A stretch of DNA of 64,000 nt from Anaerolineales bacterium UBA2181 (GTDB lineage: Bacteria; Chloroflexota; Anaerolineae; Promineifilales; UBA4811). The notes under the pieces were generated by a model. That model ran no database searches. It was not told where the DNA came from and saw nothing but the letters and a program-made list of their open reading frames with translations. Shown here in pieces: positions 19,215 to 32,014 of the stretch. How positions within the stretch are numbered: the stretch's first letter is position 1; each line of letters starts with the position of its first letter. Position numbers and translations under genes: made by a program. The stretch spans positions 24,846-88,845 of the forward strand of contig DCVT01000014.1 of the NCBI GenBank assembly GCA_002328075.1, in the 5' to 3' direction.

Positions 19215-21125
19215 ATGAAAAACAGAACAGCCTTCAAGTTCATTGGGTTGACCTTCTTGCTCCTGACGCTGGTGTCAATCCCCTTCTCCGCCGCCGCTCT
19301 GTCACCATCCGAGCAAGGTGCAGAGCCCTTTGTTGAGGGAGAGGTTCTGCTCAAAGTAAAGCCGGGAGTCTCTGCATCCGAGGTAGCGCGCGCAGTCGGG
19401 GGCACGGTCGTGCGCAGCATCGGCGATGGGAGCATATTGGTGTTGAGGGTCGGGCATGGGGCCGTCTCCGCTGCCGTGCAGGCGCTGAACGGCCGTGCCG
19501 GGGTGGTCTTTGCCGAGCCTAACTGGCTGCGCCAGCTCCACGACGCGCCGAACGACTCCGGCTACGTCCTCAAGTGGGACCTGCACAACGGTGGCACCCT
19601 GTGCGATGGCACCGATTGTGCCAACCTCGACGCCGACATGGACTGGCAGGAAGCCTATACCTATCTGGGCAGCAATTTTAACGGTTCGGCGGTGGTAGCA
19701 GTGATCGACACCGGTATCGATGCCGGTCACCCCGATCTGAACGGCAAAATCTTCCCCGGCTGGGATTTCCTTGCCGGTGACGACGATCCGGCCGACACCT
19801 ACGGGCACGGGACCCACGTGGCGGGCATCGCGCTGGCCGTAACCAACAACAATGATGGCACCGCTGGGGTCGGCTATAGCCCCAACATCAAGGTCATGCC
19901 GCTGCGCGTCTGTGACCAGAGCGGCTGCCCGACGACCGCCATCGTGAACGCCATTTACCACGCGGCAGACAACGGGGCGAACGTGATCAACCTCAGCCTT
20001 GGGGGTAGGATCGGCTCTTCGGCCGAAGAAGCGGCCATCAACTACGCCTGGAGCAAGGGGTTGGTCATCGCCGCCTCGTCCGGGAACGATGGTGCCCGCA
20101 AGGTGTCCTACCCGGCAGCTTTTGTCAACTGCATTGCCGTGGGCAGCACCAACTGGCATGACCTGCTGGCCGGCTACTCCAACAAGGGCAGCGCCCTCGA
20201 CGTGGTGGCGCCCGGCGGAGATATGAGCGGTTATCATGACCCGGGCGGAATCTACAGCACCATGCCGACCTACGATGTGTATCTCACCACGTCGTACTCC
20301 TACTCAAAGAACTATGACCAGCTCCAGGGCACCTCGATGGCCGCGCCGCAGGTATCCGGCCTGGCCGGCCTGCTCTTCGCCGTGGGCGTGACCGACAACA
20401 ATGGCGACGGCAAGACCAACGACGAGATCCGGCAGATCATCGAAAGCACGGTGGACGATCTGGGGGCCGTCGGCTGGGATCAAAGCTTTGGCTGGGGTCG
20501 GGTCAACGTGTACAACGCAGTTGTTGCGGCGGGCGGCGGCGGTGGCCAGAACCAGCCGCCCACCGCCGACTTTACCTACACCACGTCGGACCTGACGGCA
20601 ACCTTGACCGATACGAGCACCGATTCTGACGGCAGCGTCGTAGCGTGGAGCTGGACCTTTGGCGATGGATACACATCAGCGGAGCAGAACCCATCGCACA
20701 CCTACGCAGAGGGCGGCACCTATCCAGTCAGCCTGACCGTGACGGACGATGATGGCGCGACCGGTACCGCGAGCCAGAGTGTGACTGTGAGCAGCGGAGG
20801 GGGCGGCGATGCGTTCATGTATGTGTTTGACATCGCCATGTCGTACAAGACGGCCGGCCCGAACCGGAGCGCCATCGCCGGGGTGACCATCAAAGACACC
20901 GCCGGCAATCTCGTAGGCGGTGCGACGGTCAATGGCACCTGGAGCGGTGCCTACTCCGGCTCGGCCAGCGGCGTGACCGGCGCCGACGGTACAGTGAGGT
21001 TTGAGTCGGGCAAGGTGCGCCAGTCCGCCACCTTTACCTTTACGGTGAACGACGTGGTCAAGGGTGGCTACACCTACGATCCGGCCCGGAACGTAGAGAC
21101 CAGCGACAGCATCACGGTGCCGTGA
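19215..21125 (+). CDS. Secreted subtilisin-family (S8) serine peptidase with PKD domain and C-terminal beta-sandwich-like domain
   Basis: GGGAGGA RBS at 19203-19209 and ATG at 19215. Signal peptide MKNRTAFKFIGLTFLLLTLVSIPFSAAA. Catalytic D (VAVIDTGID), H (HGTHVAG), S (GTSMAAPQVSG). PKD: PTADFTYT...WSWTFGDG...NPSHTYAEGGTYPVSLTVTDDDGA. Confidence 0.9.
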   Translation: MKNRTAFKFIGLTFLLLTLVSIPFSAAALSPSEQGAEPFVEGEVLLKVKPGVSASEVARAVGGTVVRSIGDGSILVLRVGHGAVSAAVQALNGRAGVVFAEPNWLRQLHDAPNDSGYVLKWDLHNGGTLCDGTDCANLDADMDWQEAYTYLGSNFNGSAVVAVIDTGIDAGHPDLNGKIFPGWDFLAGDDDPADTYGHGTHVAGIALAVTNNNDGTAGVGYSPNIKVMPLRVCDQSGCPTTAIVNAIYHAADNGANVINLSLGGRIGSSAEEAAINYAWSKGLVIAASSGNDGARKVSYPAAFVNCIAVGSTNWHDLLAGYSNKGSALDVVAPGGDMSGYHDPGGIYSTMPTYDVYLTTSYSYSKNYDQLQGTSMAAPQVSGLAGLLFAVGVTDNNGDGKTNDEIRQIIESTVDDLGAVGWDQSFGWGRVNVYNAVVAAGGGGGQNQPPTADFTYTTSDLTATLTDTSTDSDGSVVAWSWTFGDGYTSAEQNPSHTYAEGGTYPVSLTVTDDDGATGTASQSVTVSSGGGGDAFMYVFDIAMSYKTAGPNRSAIAGVTIKDTAGNLVGGATVNGTWSGAYSGSASGVTGADGTVRFESGKVRQSATFTFTVNDVVKGGYTYDPARNVETSDSITVP

Positions 21126-21185
21126 CGGCCGGCAGAGGCTGCCGGCGCAAAGTGCGGCCGTCAGGAAAGGAATAAGCCAACGAGT

Positions 21186-21215
21186 GAGGTCGCACCCGGA
21201 TCCGGGTGCGACCTC
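21186..21215. terminator. Perfect 30-nt palindromic hairpin between the convergent S8 peptidase gene and tRNA-Glu (possible bidirectional terminator)
   Basis: GAGGTCGCACCCGGATCCGGGTGCGACCTC is a perfect inverted repeat. There is no strong U-tract, so intrinsic-terminator function is inferred from position only. Confidence 0.5.
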
Positions 21216-21353
21216 TTACATGTCGGGAAGGCCCTTCGCGCGGCCGTGACAGCGTCGTCGATTTCGGTGTCGCGGTGGTGTCCCGGCCAAGCACTCCATG
21301 CGGCGTGTATTCTTGGCCAACACGGACTTGATCTTTGGAAGGCGGTTTGGGAG

Positions 21354-21426
21354 TGCCCCCAAGGGGATTCGAACCCCTGTCACCGGCTTGAAAGGCCGAT
21401 GTCCTGGTCCTCTAGACGATGGGGGC
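21354..21426 (-). tRNA. tRNA-Glu (anticodon UUC)
   Basis: The reverse complement reads GCCCCCATCGTCTAGAGGACCAGGACATCGGCCTTTCAAGCCGGTGACAGGGGTTCGAATCCCCTTGGGGGCA. 7-bp acceptor stem, anticodon loop CTTTCAA, T-loop GGTTCGAATCC. CCA is not encoded. Confidence 0.9.
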
Positions 21427-21499
21427 CTGACCGACCGGCCGGATTGTACCATGCCACCCTCGGGTGTCAAGCAACGTCCGATACAGGAGATCTAGACGG

Positions 21500-22135
21500 A
21501 TGGACAAGCCACTCAAGTTGATCGGCAAAGCGCTACGGGCGTACTGGGACGAAGCCTTCACCCTGATGGTTCTCAACCTGATATGGCTGGTGGCCCAGGT
21601 GCTGATCATCCCGGGGCCGGCAGCCACGGCCGCGCTTTTCTACGTAACCCATCGGGTGGCACGCGGTCAGTTCGCCAGGCTATCCGATTTCTGGGGGGCG
21701 TTCAATCGCTTTTTCCTGAGCAGTTGGAAGTGGGGCGCACCCAATCTCTTGGTGGTCCTGGTGTTGGGGTACGCGGCCTATTTCTACGCGCTGGGGCCGT
21801 TTCCTCAACCGTACGCGTTCGTGTTGATGTGCCTTAACCTTGTGCTGCTGGCCGGCTGGCTGTTCCTGCAGCTGTTTGCGCTTCCCTTCTGGGTGGATCA
21901 GGCTGACCAGCGGGTTGGTCTGGCTCTACGCAACGCAGTGGTGATGCTGGCCCACAACCTGAGGCTGGCGGCGCTGGTATTCGCCATCATGATAGCGCTG
22001 TTGGCGCTGACAGTCGCTTTTTGGATCTTGCTGGGAATGGTGACCGTTGCCCTCTTGGCCATGGTGGGCAACACGGCCGTGGCTGCTCAGCTCGACGCAC
22101 TGGAACAGACCGGCGACTCAATGCCGGCCGAATGA
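21500..22135 (+). CDS. DUF624 (YesL-like) integral membrane protein
   Basis: MDKPLKLIGKALRAYWDEAFTLMVLNLIWLVAQVLIIPGPAATAALFYVTHRVARGQ matches the DUF624 N-terminal signature. Multiple TM helices. Confidence 0.7.
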   Translation: MDKPLKLIGKALRAYWDEAFTLMVLNLIWLVAQVLIIPGPAATAALFYVTHRVARGQFARLSDFWGAFNRFFLSSWKWGAPNLLVVLVLGYAAYFYALGPFPQPYAFVLMCLNLVLLAGWLFLQLFALPFWVDQADQRVGLALRNAVVMLAHNLRLAALVFAIMIALLALTVAFWILLGMVTVALLAMVGNTAVAAQLDALEQTGDSMPAE

Positions 22136-22205
22136 CCCGCTCGACGAAGTTCTGGGTTGCCCCCAGGGTGATTCCGGCGCGCCGGGCGCCAGCAGCCCAG
22201 GCGTC

Positions 22206-24362
22206 TCAGGCAGGCGGCCGCGCGGCCGCCGCGCGAGCAGCTGGCAGATAGGCCCGTTCGGTGTACTCCTTGAGCATTCGCCGCAACGAAAAAGCCGGCG
22301 AAACGGTCCGCATCGACTCTTTCATCGCCTGAACCCACCCGCGCGGTATGCCGTCTGCATCGCGCTGGTAGAACAGGGGTACCACTTCCTGCTCCAGCAA
22401 TTGGTACAGCGATTCGGCGTCAGGAGCGTCTTGGTCCTCTCCCTCGTCGCGATGATTCCGCCCACCGATGGCCCAGCCGTTGTCCCCGTCGTACGCCTCT
22501 GGCCACCAACCGTCCAGGACCGAAAGGTTCAGCGTTCCGTTCAGCGCCGCCTTTTGACCGCTGGTGCCGCTGGCTTCGTACGGGCGGCGGGGGTTGTTGA
22601 GCCAAACGTCCACGCCCTGGACCAGGTATCGGGCGAGATTCATATCATAGTCCTGGACAAAGGCAATCCGTGCCCCTAACTGGTGGTCCTTGGCCAGATT
22701 GACCACCTGTTGGATGAGGTGCTTGGCCGGCTCATCGGCCGGGTGGGCTTTGCCGGCGAAGATGAGCTGTACCGGCCGGTTGCTGTCCAACAGAATCCGT
22801 TTCAGCCGCTCCAGGTCGCGGAACACCAGTGTCGCCCGCTTGTACGTGGCAAACCGACGGGCAAAGCCGATGGTGAGCGCCTCAGGATCGAGCATGGTAC
22901 CGCTGGCCAGCAACTGCGTGGCATCGGCCTCTCCCTCGATCCAGCGCTGACGGGCGCGGTCCCAGATGAACGAGAACATTTTGCGCTTGAGGTCTTGCTT
23001 GACGTTCCAGAGCTCATGGTCCGGCACATCATAGACTCGCTGCCAGAGGGCCGGGTCGTCGTGGTGCTGTAGCCAGTCCGGACCCAGATGGCGGTCCAAC
23101 AGGCGGTCGATCTCTCCAGAGACCCAGCTTGGCGTGTGGATCCCGTTGGTGATGGAGATCATGGGCGCCGGTTGCCCGGACCAGAGGTTCTGCCACATCT
23201 TGCCGCTCACTGCGGTGTGAATTTTGCTCACCCCGTTGATGTAACGAGAATTCCGCATGGCAAGCACCGTCATGTTAAAGTTGTTCCCCCATCCATCGTG
23301 GTGTGCTGCCAGTTGCATAAAGCGCTCCCGGTCCAGACCCATATCGTCCCAGAAATGCCAAAAATACCTTTCGACCAGGTTGAACGGAAAGGCATCATGG
23401 CCGGCCGGCACAGGCGTGTGCGTGGTGAAAACCGAGGTCTCGAAGGCAGCTTGGTGGGCCTGTTCATACGTCATTCCGGTCTGGACGAGCTCTCGAATCC
23501 GCTCCAACACCAGGAACGCCGAGTGTCCCTCGTTCATGTGCCAGACCGTCGGTTGTAGGCCAAGGGCTCGCAAGACACGCAACCCCCCGATGCCCAGGAT
23601 CACCTCCTGCTGCAAACGCATCTCCTGGTCGCCCCCATACAGCCGGGCCGTCAATTCCCGATCCCAGGGGGCATTTGCCTCGAAATCGGTATCCATCAGA
23701 AAGATGCGCACCCGGCCGACCCGCACGCACCATGCCCGAACGAGCACGTCGCGCGTGTCCAGCCGCACCGGTACCGTGAGACGATCTCCGTTGCCGTTCA
23801 TCACGGGCAGGATGGGGGTGTCGGTAAAATCGACTGCCTCGTGCACGGCTTCCTGCCACCCATGCGCCGGGATCCGCTGGCGGAAATACCCCTGCGGGTA
23901 CATGAAACCCACCCCCACCAGAGGGACACCCAGGTCGCTGGCCTCTTTGCAGTGGTCGCCAGAAAGAATCCCCAAACCACCCGAATAGATCGGCAGCGAA
24001 TTGTGCAGGCCAAACTCGGCCGAAAAGTAGGCGATGGTAGATCGTTTGTGCTCAGGATAGACGCCAGGGAACCACAAGCCACCGTTCTGCATCTCGGCGT
24101 CGTATCGCATCATCACACGCTCCAGCTTGCGCCGGAACGGGATGTTCTGCGCCAGCCGGTCGATATCTGTTTGTGTCATGCTCCGTAGCATCTTGACCGG
24201 ATTGTGACGCGTTCGGCGCCACGCCGGATAGTCCCACATCCGAAACAACTCGCGGGCATCTGCCTGCCACACCCACCAGAGGTTGTACGCCAGGTCGTTC
24301 AACCGCGCGATGCATTCGGGCAATTCAACCGTATTGTGGTTGGGACACTGACAATCAATCAT
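22206..24362 (-). CDS. glgP: Alpha-glucan (glycogen/maltodextrin) phosphorylase, GT35
   Basis: LAYNLWWVW, SGGLGILSGDHCKEASDLGVPLVGVGFMYPQGYFRQ, PLP-lysine region EASGTSGQKAALNGTLNLSVLDGWW. Start chosen at ATG 24362 (MIDCQ..) behind a GGAG RBS. Confidence 0.9.
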   Translation of the reverse strand: MIDCQCPNHNTVELPECIARLNDLAYNLWWVWQADARELFRMWDYPAWRRTRHNPVKMLRSMTQTDIDRLAQNIPFRRKLERVMMRYDAEMQNGGLWFPGVYPEHKRSTIAYFSAEFGLHNSLPIYSGGLGILSGDHCKEASDLGVPLVGVGFMYPQGYFRQRIPAHGWQEAVHEAVDFTDTPILPVMNGNGDRLTVPVRLDTRDVLVRAWCVRVGRVRIFLMDTDFEANAPWDRELTARLYGGDQEMRLQQEVILGIGGLRVLRALGLQPTVWHMNEGHSAFLVLERIRELVQTGMTYEQAHQAAFETSVFTTHTPVPAGHDAFPFNLVERYFWHFWDDMGLDRERFMQLAAHHDGWGNNFNMTVLAMRNSRYINGVSKIHTAVSGKMWQNLWSGQPAPMISITNGIHTPSWVSGEIDRLLDRHLGPDWLQHHDDPALWQRVYDVPDHELWNVKQDLKRKMFSFIWDRARQRWIEGEADATQLLASGTMLDPEALTIGFARRFATYKRATLVFRDLERLKRILLDSNRPVQLIFAGKAHPADEPAKHLIQQVVNLAKDHQLGARIAFVQDYDMNLARYLVQGVDVWLNNPRRPYEASGTSGQKAALNGTLNLSVLDGWWPEAYDGDNGWAIGGRNHRDEGEDQDAPDAESLYQLLEQEVVPLFYQRDADGIPRGWVQAMKESMRTVSPAFSLRRMLKEYTERAYLPAARAAAARPPA

Positions 24363-24468
24363 CCATATATCTCCTCGCACCAAACAACAGCGCCAGATTA
24401 TAACCTCTGGCCAATCAAAGGCAAGGCCAGGTTGCCCTTTGGCCACGCTGGTTTATAATGGTCCGGCG

Positions 24469-25839
24469 ATGGTGGAATCGGGCGAGCCGCTCAGCGCGCG
24501 GGAACAGGAAATCGTGTGTCTCCTGGCCACAGGAGCCACCAACCGGATGATAGCTCACCAGCTGGGCATCAGTCCGAACACGGTCAAGGTTCATCTGCGC
24601 AACGTGTTTTCCAAACTGGGCATCAGTTCGCGCACTGAGGCCACCGTTTTTGCCATCCGTGAGGGGTGGGTTGAGGTGGGGGATCAAGCGGCAGGTCAGG
24701 TCGACTTGCCGACGGTGGTTTTGCCGGAGGAGCAGCCCCGCCGCGATGTGGCTTTGGACCGGATTGTGCTGCCTCCTCTCCCCTGGTACAAACGCCTCTA
24801 CCTGGCAGTCAGTGTGTTGACGGCTGCACTGCTGGCCCTGCTAACCTGGCCTCGGTCCGCTGCAACGCTGGCAGACGGCTGCGACAACGAATTCACCGCC
24901 GGTTGCGTCCAGGAGGGCAATAACCTGGCCGTCAGTGAGCCCGAATCGCTCTGGGTTAGTGCATCTCCCCTATCAATCGCCCGGGGCCGGTTTGGCGTGG
25001 CTCACCTGGGTGGGCGGATCTATGTAATCGGAGGCGAAACGGCGGCCGGATTGACCGCCAGTGTGATGGCGTACGATCCAATGCTGGACCTCTGGGCTCT
25101 TTGCAGCGACAAACCTACCCCGGCCGCCAACGTGCAGGCGGTTGCCGTGCAGCAGCAAATACTGGTTCCCGGCGGCAGTGACGACAACGGCGACCCGCTC
25201 ACCAGCGTAGAGCTGTACGACCCGGGCGCTGACCGTTGGTCAAACCGTGCTCCACTGCCGGCGCCTCTGACCGCCTATGCGGCCGCGACCTGGAGCGACC
25301 AGGTGTTTCTGTTCGGAGGTTGGGACGGTCGATCCTATTCTGGGGCTAGCTGGGTCTACGACCTGGGTGTGGACAGATGGCAGCCGGTGGCACCGATGCC
25401 TACGCCGCGAGGTTTTGCTGCTGCCGTCACCACGGAGTCAGGCATCCTGGTGGTGGGCGGGTACGACGGTCGGCGCGAATACGCCGCCTGCGAGCGGTAT
25501 CTCCCGGACACCAATGTCTGGGAGAGCTGTTCCTCGATGTCTACGCCCCGGGGCGGGCCGAGCGGGGCGGAAGTGGCAGGGCAGGTTTACCTCATCGGTG
25601 GCGGTTGGAGTTCGTTTGTGACGTTTAGCGAGCGGTACAATTCGGCAACCGACACATGGCACAATGTCGAGACTCCGCTGCTGATGGCGGGAGGAGAATG
25701 GCGAAATCTGGGGGCCGTGCGAGTGGGTACCCGGATCTATGCGCTGGGAGGGTGGCAGCGCGGCCGGTACCTGGATGTGAACCTGGCCTTTGAGACGCTG
25801 CCTAACCGGTTATACCTGCCGGCAGCGATCAGCCGTTAG
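24469..25839 (+). CDS. Membrane-tethered LuxR-type HTH protein with extracytoplasmic Kelch-repeat beta-propeller
   Basis: N-terminus LSAREQEIVCLLATGATNRMIAHQLGISPNTVKVHLRNVFSKLGISSRTEA (LuxR/GerE HTH). One TM helix (LYLAVSVLTAALLALLTW). Then repeated Kelch-like blades (GRIYVIGG, QILVPGG, QVFLFGGWDG, GILVVGGYDG, QVYLIGGG, RIYALGGW). Alternative TTG start at 24439. Confidence 0.8.
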   Translation: MVESGEPLSAREQEIVCLLATGATNRMIAHQLGISPNTVKVHLRNVFSKLGISSRTEATVFAIREGWVEVGDQAAGQVDLPTVVLPEEQPRRDVALDRIVLPPLPWYKRLYLAVSVLTAALLALLTWPRSAATLADGCDNEFTAGCVQEGNNLAVSEPESLWVSASPLSIARGRFGVAHLGGRIYVIGGETAAGLTASVMAYDPMLDLWALCSDKPTPAANVQAVAVQQQILVPGGSDDNGDPLTSVELYDPGADRWSNRAPLPAPLTAYAAATWSDQVFLFGGWDGRSYSGASWVYDLGVDRWQPVAPMPTPRGFAAAVTTESGILVVGGYDGRREYAACERYLPDTNVWESCSSMSTPRGGPSGAEVAGQVYLIGGGWSSFVTFSERYNSATDTWHNVETPLLMAGGEWRNLGAVRVGTRIYALGGWQRGRYLDVNLAFETLPNRLYLPAAISR

Positions 25840-26812
25840 GCTGCCTGGGGCTGAGGCCCTGCGCCAGGCGCTCTATCTTGGAGAGGGTTTCGCGCCAGGT
25901 GATCTCTGACAGGCCCAACTTTTCCCGCAGCTCGTCGGTGTTGGCGCCCTTGATAAAGCTGTGTACTGATGAGGTCCACCTCAGGTTCTCGAACGATACA
26001 GGCTTGGCAACCTCAGCCAGCTCCTCCAGGTCACGAAGGATGTACTCCAGGTTCCTTGGGGTGCAAGTGAAAAGCGTTTCCTGAGGGTTGTATTGTCCCA
26101 GGTACTCATCCAGCAGCGATAGCCAGGTTGGATCAAGCGGGATGACCCGTTCCTTGTACCGTTTGGCCGGGCTTCGGTAGCGGACAAAGAGCGCCGGCCG
26201 CTCCGAGTCGGACCGATCGATGTGGTTGAGATTGATACCCATCGCCTCGCCCTTTTTTATGCCGGTATCCAGAATTAGTGAGAGAAGGAGGAGCGGCCGC
26301 GCGTCACCTTTGCGGCCTCCTGCGCCAGCCTTCACTTGTTGCCCTGCAGCCAGCAACCGGTTAACTTGGTCCTCGGTCAACACCTCGGGCAAGGGACTCC
26401 GGACTGAGTAGTGGATAACGGGCGCTCCCGGGTCGGACACCAATATTCCTCCCTTGTGCAGCCACTTGAAAAACACCTTCAGAGTTGTGACCCGACGGGC
26501 ATAGGTCTTGGGGCTGCATGGCACACCGCGCTCCCGCTGCAGCCAGTTCAGGAAATCGTTGAGGTTTTTGGTGGTGACCTGGCCGATAGGTTGGCCGATG
26601 CCCAAGTACCTTCCCAGCAGGTTAAGGTCACTGGTAAACGCCTGCACGGTATATTGGCTAAACCCCTCGTACCGCATGTACTTGACAAAAGCGCCAATCG
26701 TTGCCTTGAGCGACATATCTGGTGTGAGATGGAGGGGCACCTGTTCCGGCCCAGTGGCGGGAAATGTCGCAATGCGCGTCTCTGCGTCGTTCATGTGTGC
26801 TGTCTCGCTCAT
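25829..26812 (-). CDS. Tyrosine-recombinase (XerC/D / phage-integrase)-like protein, apparently catalytically degenerate
   Basis: SAM-like N-terminal core-binding domain (IGAFVKYMRYEGFSQYTVQAFTSDLNLLGRYL...YARRVTTLKVFFKWL). Catalytic-domain landmarks ARPLLLLSLILDTGIKKGEA (Arg I) and KRYKERVIPL (Lys). Box II reads SFENLRWTSSV...LGLSEITWRETL where HxLRH...LGH....Y is expected. Confidence 0.7.
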   Translation of the reverse strand: MSETAHMNDAETRIATFPATGPEQVPLHLTPDMSLKATIGAFVKYMRYEGFSQYTVQAFTSDLNLLGRYLGIGQPIGQVTTKNLNDFLNWLQRERGVPCSPKTYARRVTTLKVFFKWLHKGGILVSDPGAPVIHYSVRSPLPEVLTEDQVNRLLAAGQQVKAGAGGRKGDARPLLLLSLILDTGIKKGEAMGINLNHIDRSDSERPALFVRYRSPAKRYKERVIPLDPTWLSLLDEYLGQYNPQETLFTCTPRNLEYILRDLEELAEVAKPVSFENLRWTSSVHSFIKGANTDELREKLGLSEITWRETLSKIERLAQGLSPRQPNG

Positions 26813-26977
26813 GGTCTATTCCTGCCGTGCAAATGCTTTCGTATAGTATAGTATTCGAGATGGGAAGGTTTGTCAACTTGCCTGTGTGCCGTTTTCTGTT
26901 TAGAATTGGATGCTTGCCCGATTTTAGATTGCGAGCCAGATGGTGGTTCCCATGTGAGCGGGTGGGTTGAGAGCAGT

Positions 26978-27781
26978 ATGAGCAGCAGCGACAAAAGCCG
27001 GTATCAGGTTGGGCGCACCCTGGTGATGTGGGTGCTCCTGGGCTTGGCACTTGCCTGGGGCTGGAAGGTCCAGGCCGCCAACGGCATCACCTCACCGCGC
27101 GACAACGCGGTGGTGCGCGGTCAGGTGGTCATTGAAGGCACGGCCTCTGATCCCAGTTTCTTGCGCTATGAACTCTCCTTCCTAAAGGAATTCGACCCGC
27201 TGGGGGATTGGGTGGTTTTCTTTACGTCCGACAAGCAGGTGGTGAGCGGGATGCTGGCGGTCTGGGATACCAGCATTGGACGCGAAGCCGGAAGTCCCTT
27301 TTACCCTGATGGCACGTACCGTCTTCGGCTCCGCGTGGTGCGTCAGGATTCCAACTATGACGAATACTATGTGTTGGGTCTCTCGTTGGCCAACGAATCG
27401 GCTGCGTTGACACCAACCGTGACGCCCACGGAGGGGGCGGAGCTCGCGCCCAGTCCGACTTCTGCGGTCATGATCCCGACCGAGTTGCCGACGCTAACCC
27501 CGTTTCCTTCGACCACACCGCGGCCGACGCCAAGCGCCGACGATTCGGAGACGCCGGATACGGGTACCACCGCGGACTCTGGCGGGACCGGGTTGCGCCT
27601 GGAGGGCCAGTTTGATACCGCGCGCGTCAAGGGAGGGCTGCTCACGGGCGTCAGACTCGCCCTGGCGTCCTTTGCCCTTTTGGCTGTTTACGTTGTGGTG
27701 CGCGGTGGGCTGCGCAGATCTCTGGCGTGGCTCGGCTCGCGCCGACGCCGCGAGACTCCGGTCGCACGGCGCGGGCGATGA
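26978..27781 (+). CDS. Hypothetical exported/membrane-anchored protein (signal/anchor, Ig-like domain, Pro/Thr-rich linker, C-terminal TM)
   Basis: MSSSDKSRYQVGRTLVMWVLLGLALAWGWKVQA. ITSPRDNAVVRGQVVIEGTASDPSFLRYELSF. PT-rich stretch. LALASFALLAVYVVV followed by basic residues. ATGA overlap with pth. No family recognised. Confidence 0.6.
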   Translation: MSSSDKSRYQVGRTLVMWVLLGLALAWGWKVQAANGITSPRDNAVVRGQVVIEGTASDPSFLRYELSFLKEFDPLGDWVVFFTSDKQVVSGMLAVWDTSIGREAGSPFYPDGTYRLRLRVVRQDSNYDEYYVLGLSLANESAALTPTVTPTEGAELAPSPTSAVMIPTELPTLTPFPSTTPRPTPSADDSETPDTGTTADSGGTGLRLEGQFDTARVKGGLLTGVRLALASFALLAVYVVVRGGLRRSLAWLGSRRRRETPVARRGR

Positions 27782-28404
27782 TCGGTCAGCGCTATTTGCT
27801 GGTCGGCCTGGGCAATCCCGGCCTTCCATACCAGTTGCACCGGCACAACATCGGTTTCATGCTGATGGATGTGTTGGCTGACAAAAACAGACTGGTGTTT
27901 TCGCGCATGCGACACCAGGCGCTGATTGCCACGGGCAGTCTCGCCGACCGGCCGGTTGTGTTGGCAAAACCACAGACTTTTATGAACGCGAGCGGTTCAG
28001 CCGTCGCCAGATTGGCGCGTTTCTATCGGATTGAACCGCAGTTCTTGTTGGTGGCCTACGATGACCTCGACCTTCCTCTGGGAACGGTGCGATTTCGTGC
28101 CGGCGGCGGCAGCGGCGGCCACAAGGGCATGCGCTCAATCCTGGAGCAGTTGGGAGAGCAGCAGTTTGCCCGCTTGCGGATCGGCATCGGAAGGCCGCCT
28201 GGGAGGATGGACCCGGCCGACTATGTGTTAGAACGGTTCCTGCCAGCGGAGCAGGAGCTGCGCGACGTGGTGCTGCAAGAGGCAGCCGGCGGAGCAATGT
28301 CCTTTTTGCAGGGCGGAATCGAGTTGGCCATGAGCCGACACAACCGCTGCGTGGGCGGCACTGAATTGGTAAATCAATCGGTTGGCAACAGCGACGGAAC
28401 CTGA
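27778..28404 (+). CDS. pth: Peptidyl-tRNA hydrolase
   Basis: YLLVGLGNPGLPYQLHRHNIGFMLMD, FMNASG, RIGIGRP. Confidence 0.9.
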   Translation: MIGQRYLLVGLGNPGLPYQLHRHNIGFMLMDVLADKNRLVFSRMRHQALIATGSLADRPVVLAKPQTFMNASGSAVARLARFYRIEPQFLLVAYDDLDLPLGTVRFRAGGGSGGHKGMRSILEQLGEQQFARLRIGIGRPPGRMDPADYVLERFLPAEQELRDVVLQEAAGGAMSFLQGGIELAMSRHNRCVGGTELVNQSVGNSDGT

Positions 28405-28429
28405 TGGCGATGTGGGGAATCCAGGCGAA

Positions 28430-31987
<3,558 letters not shown>

Positions 31988-32014
31988 GCCGAGCACCAAC
32001 CAAGGCGGCCGGGT

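Noticed and set aside
25829-26812. Integrase-like gene as a marker of a prophage or integrative element
   Set aside because: No flanking direct repeats, tRNA target, or phage, conjugation or transposition genes were seen. The neighbours are housekeeping genes and the catalytic residues appear lost. It is reported instead as a degenerate recombinase-like gene.
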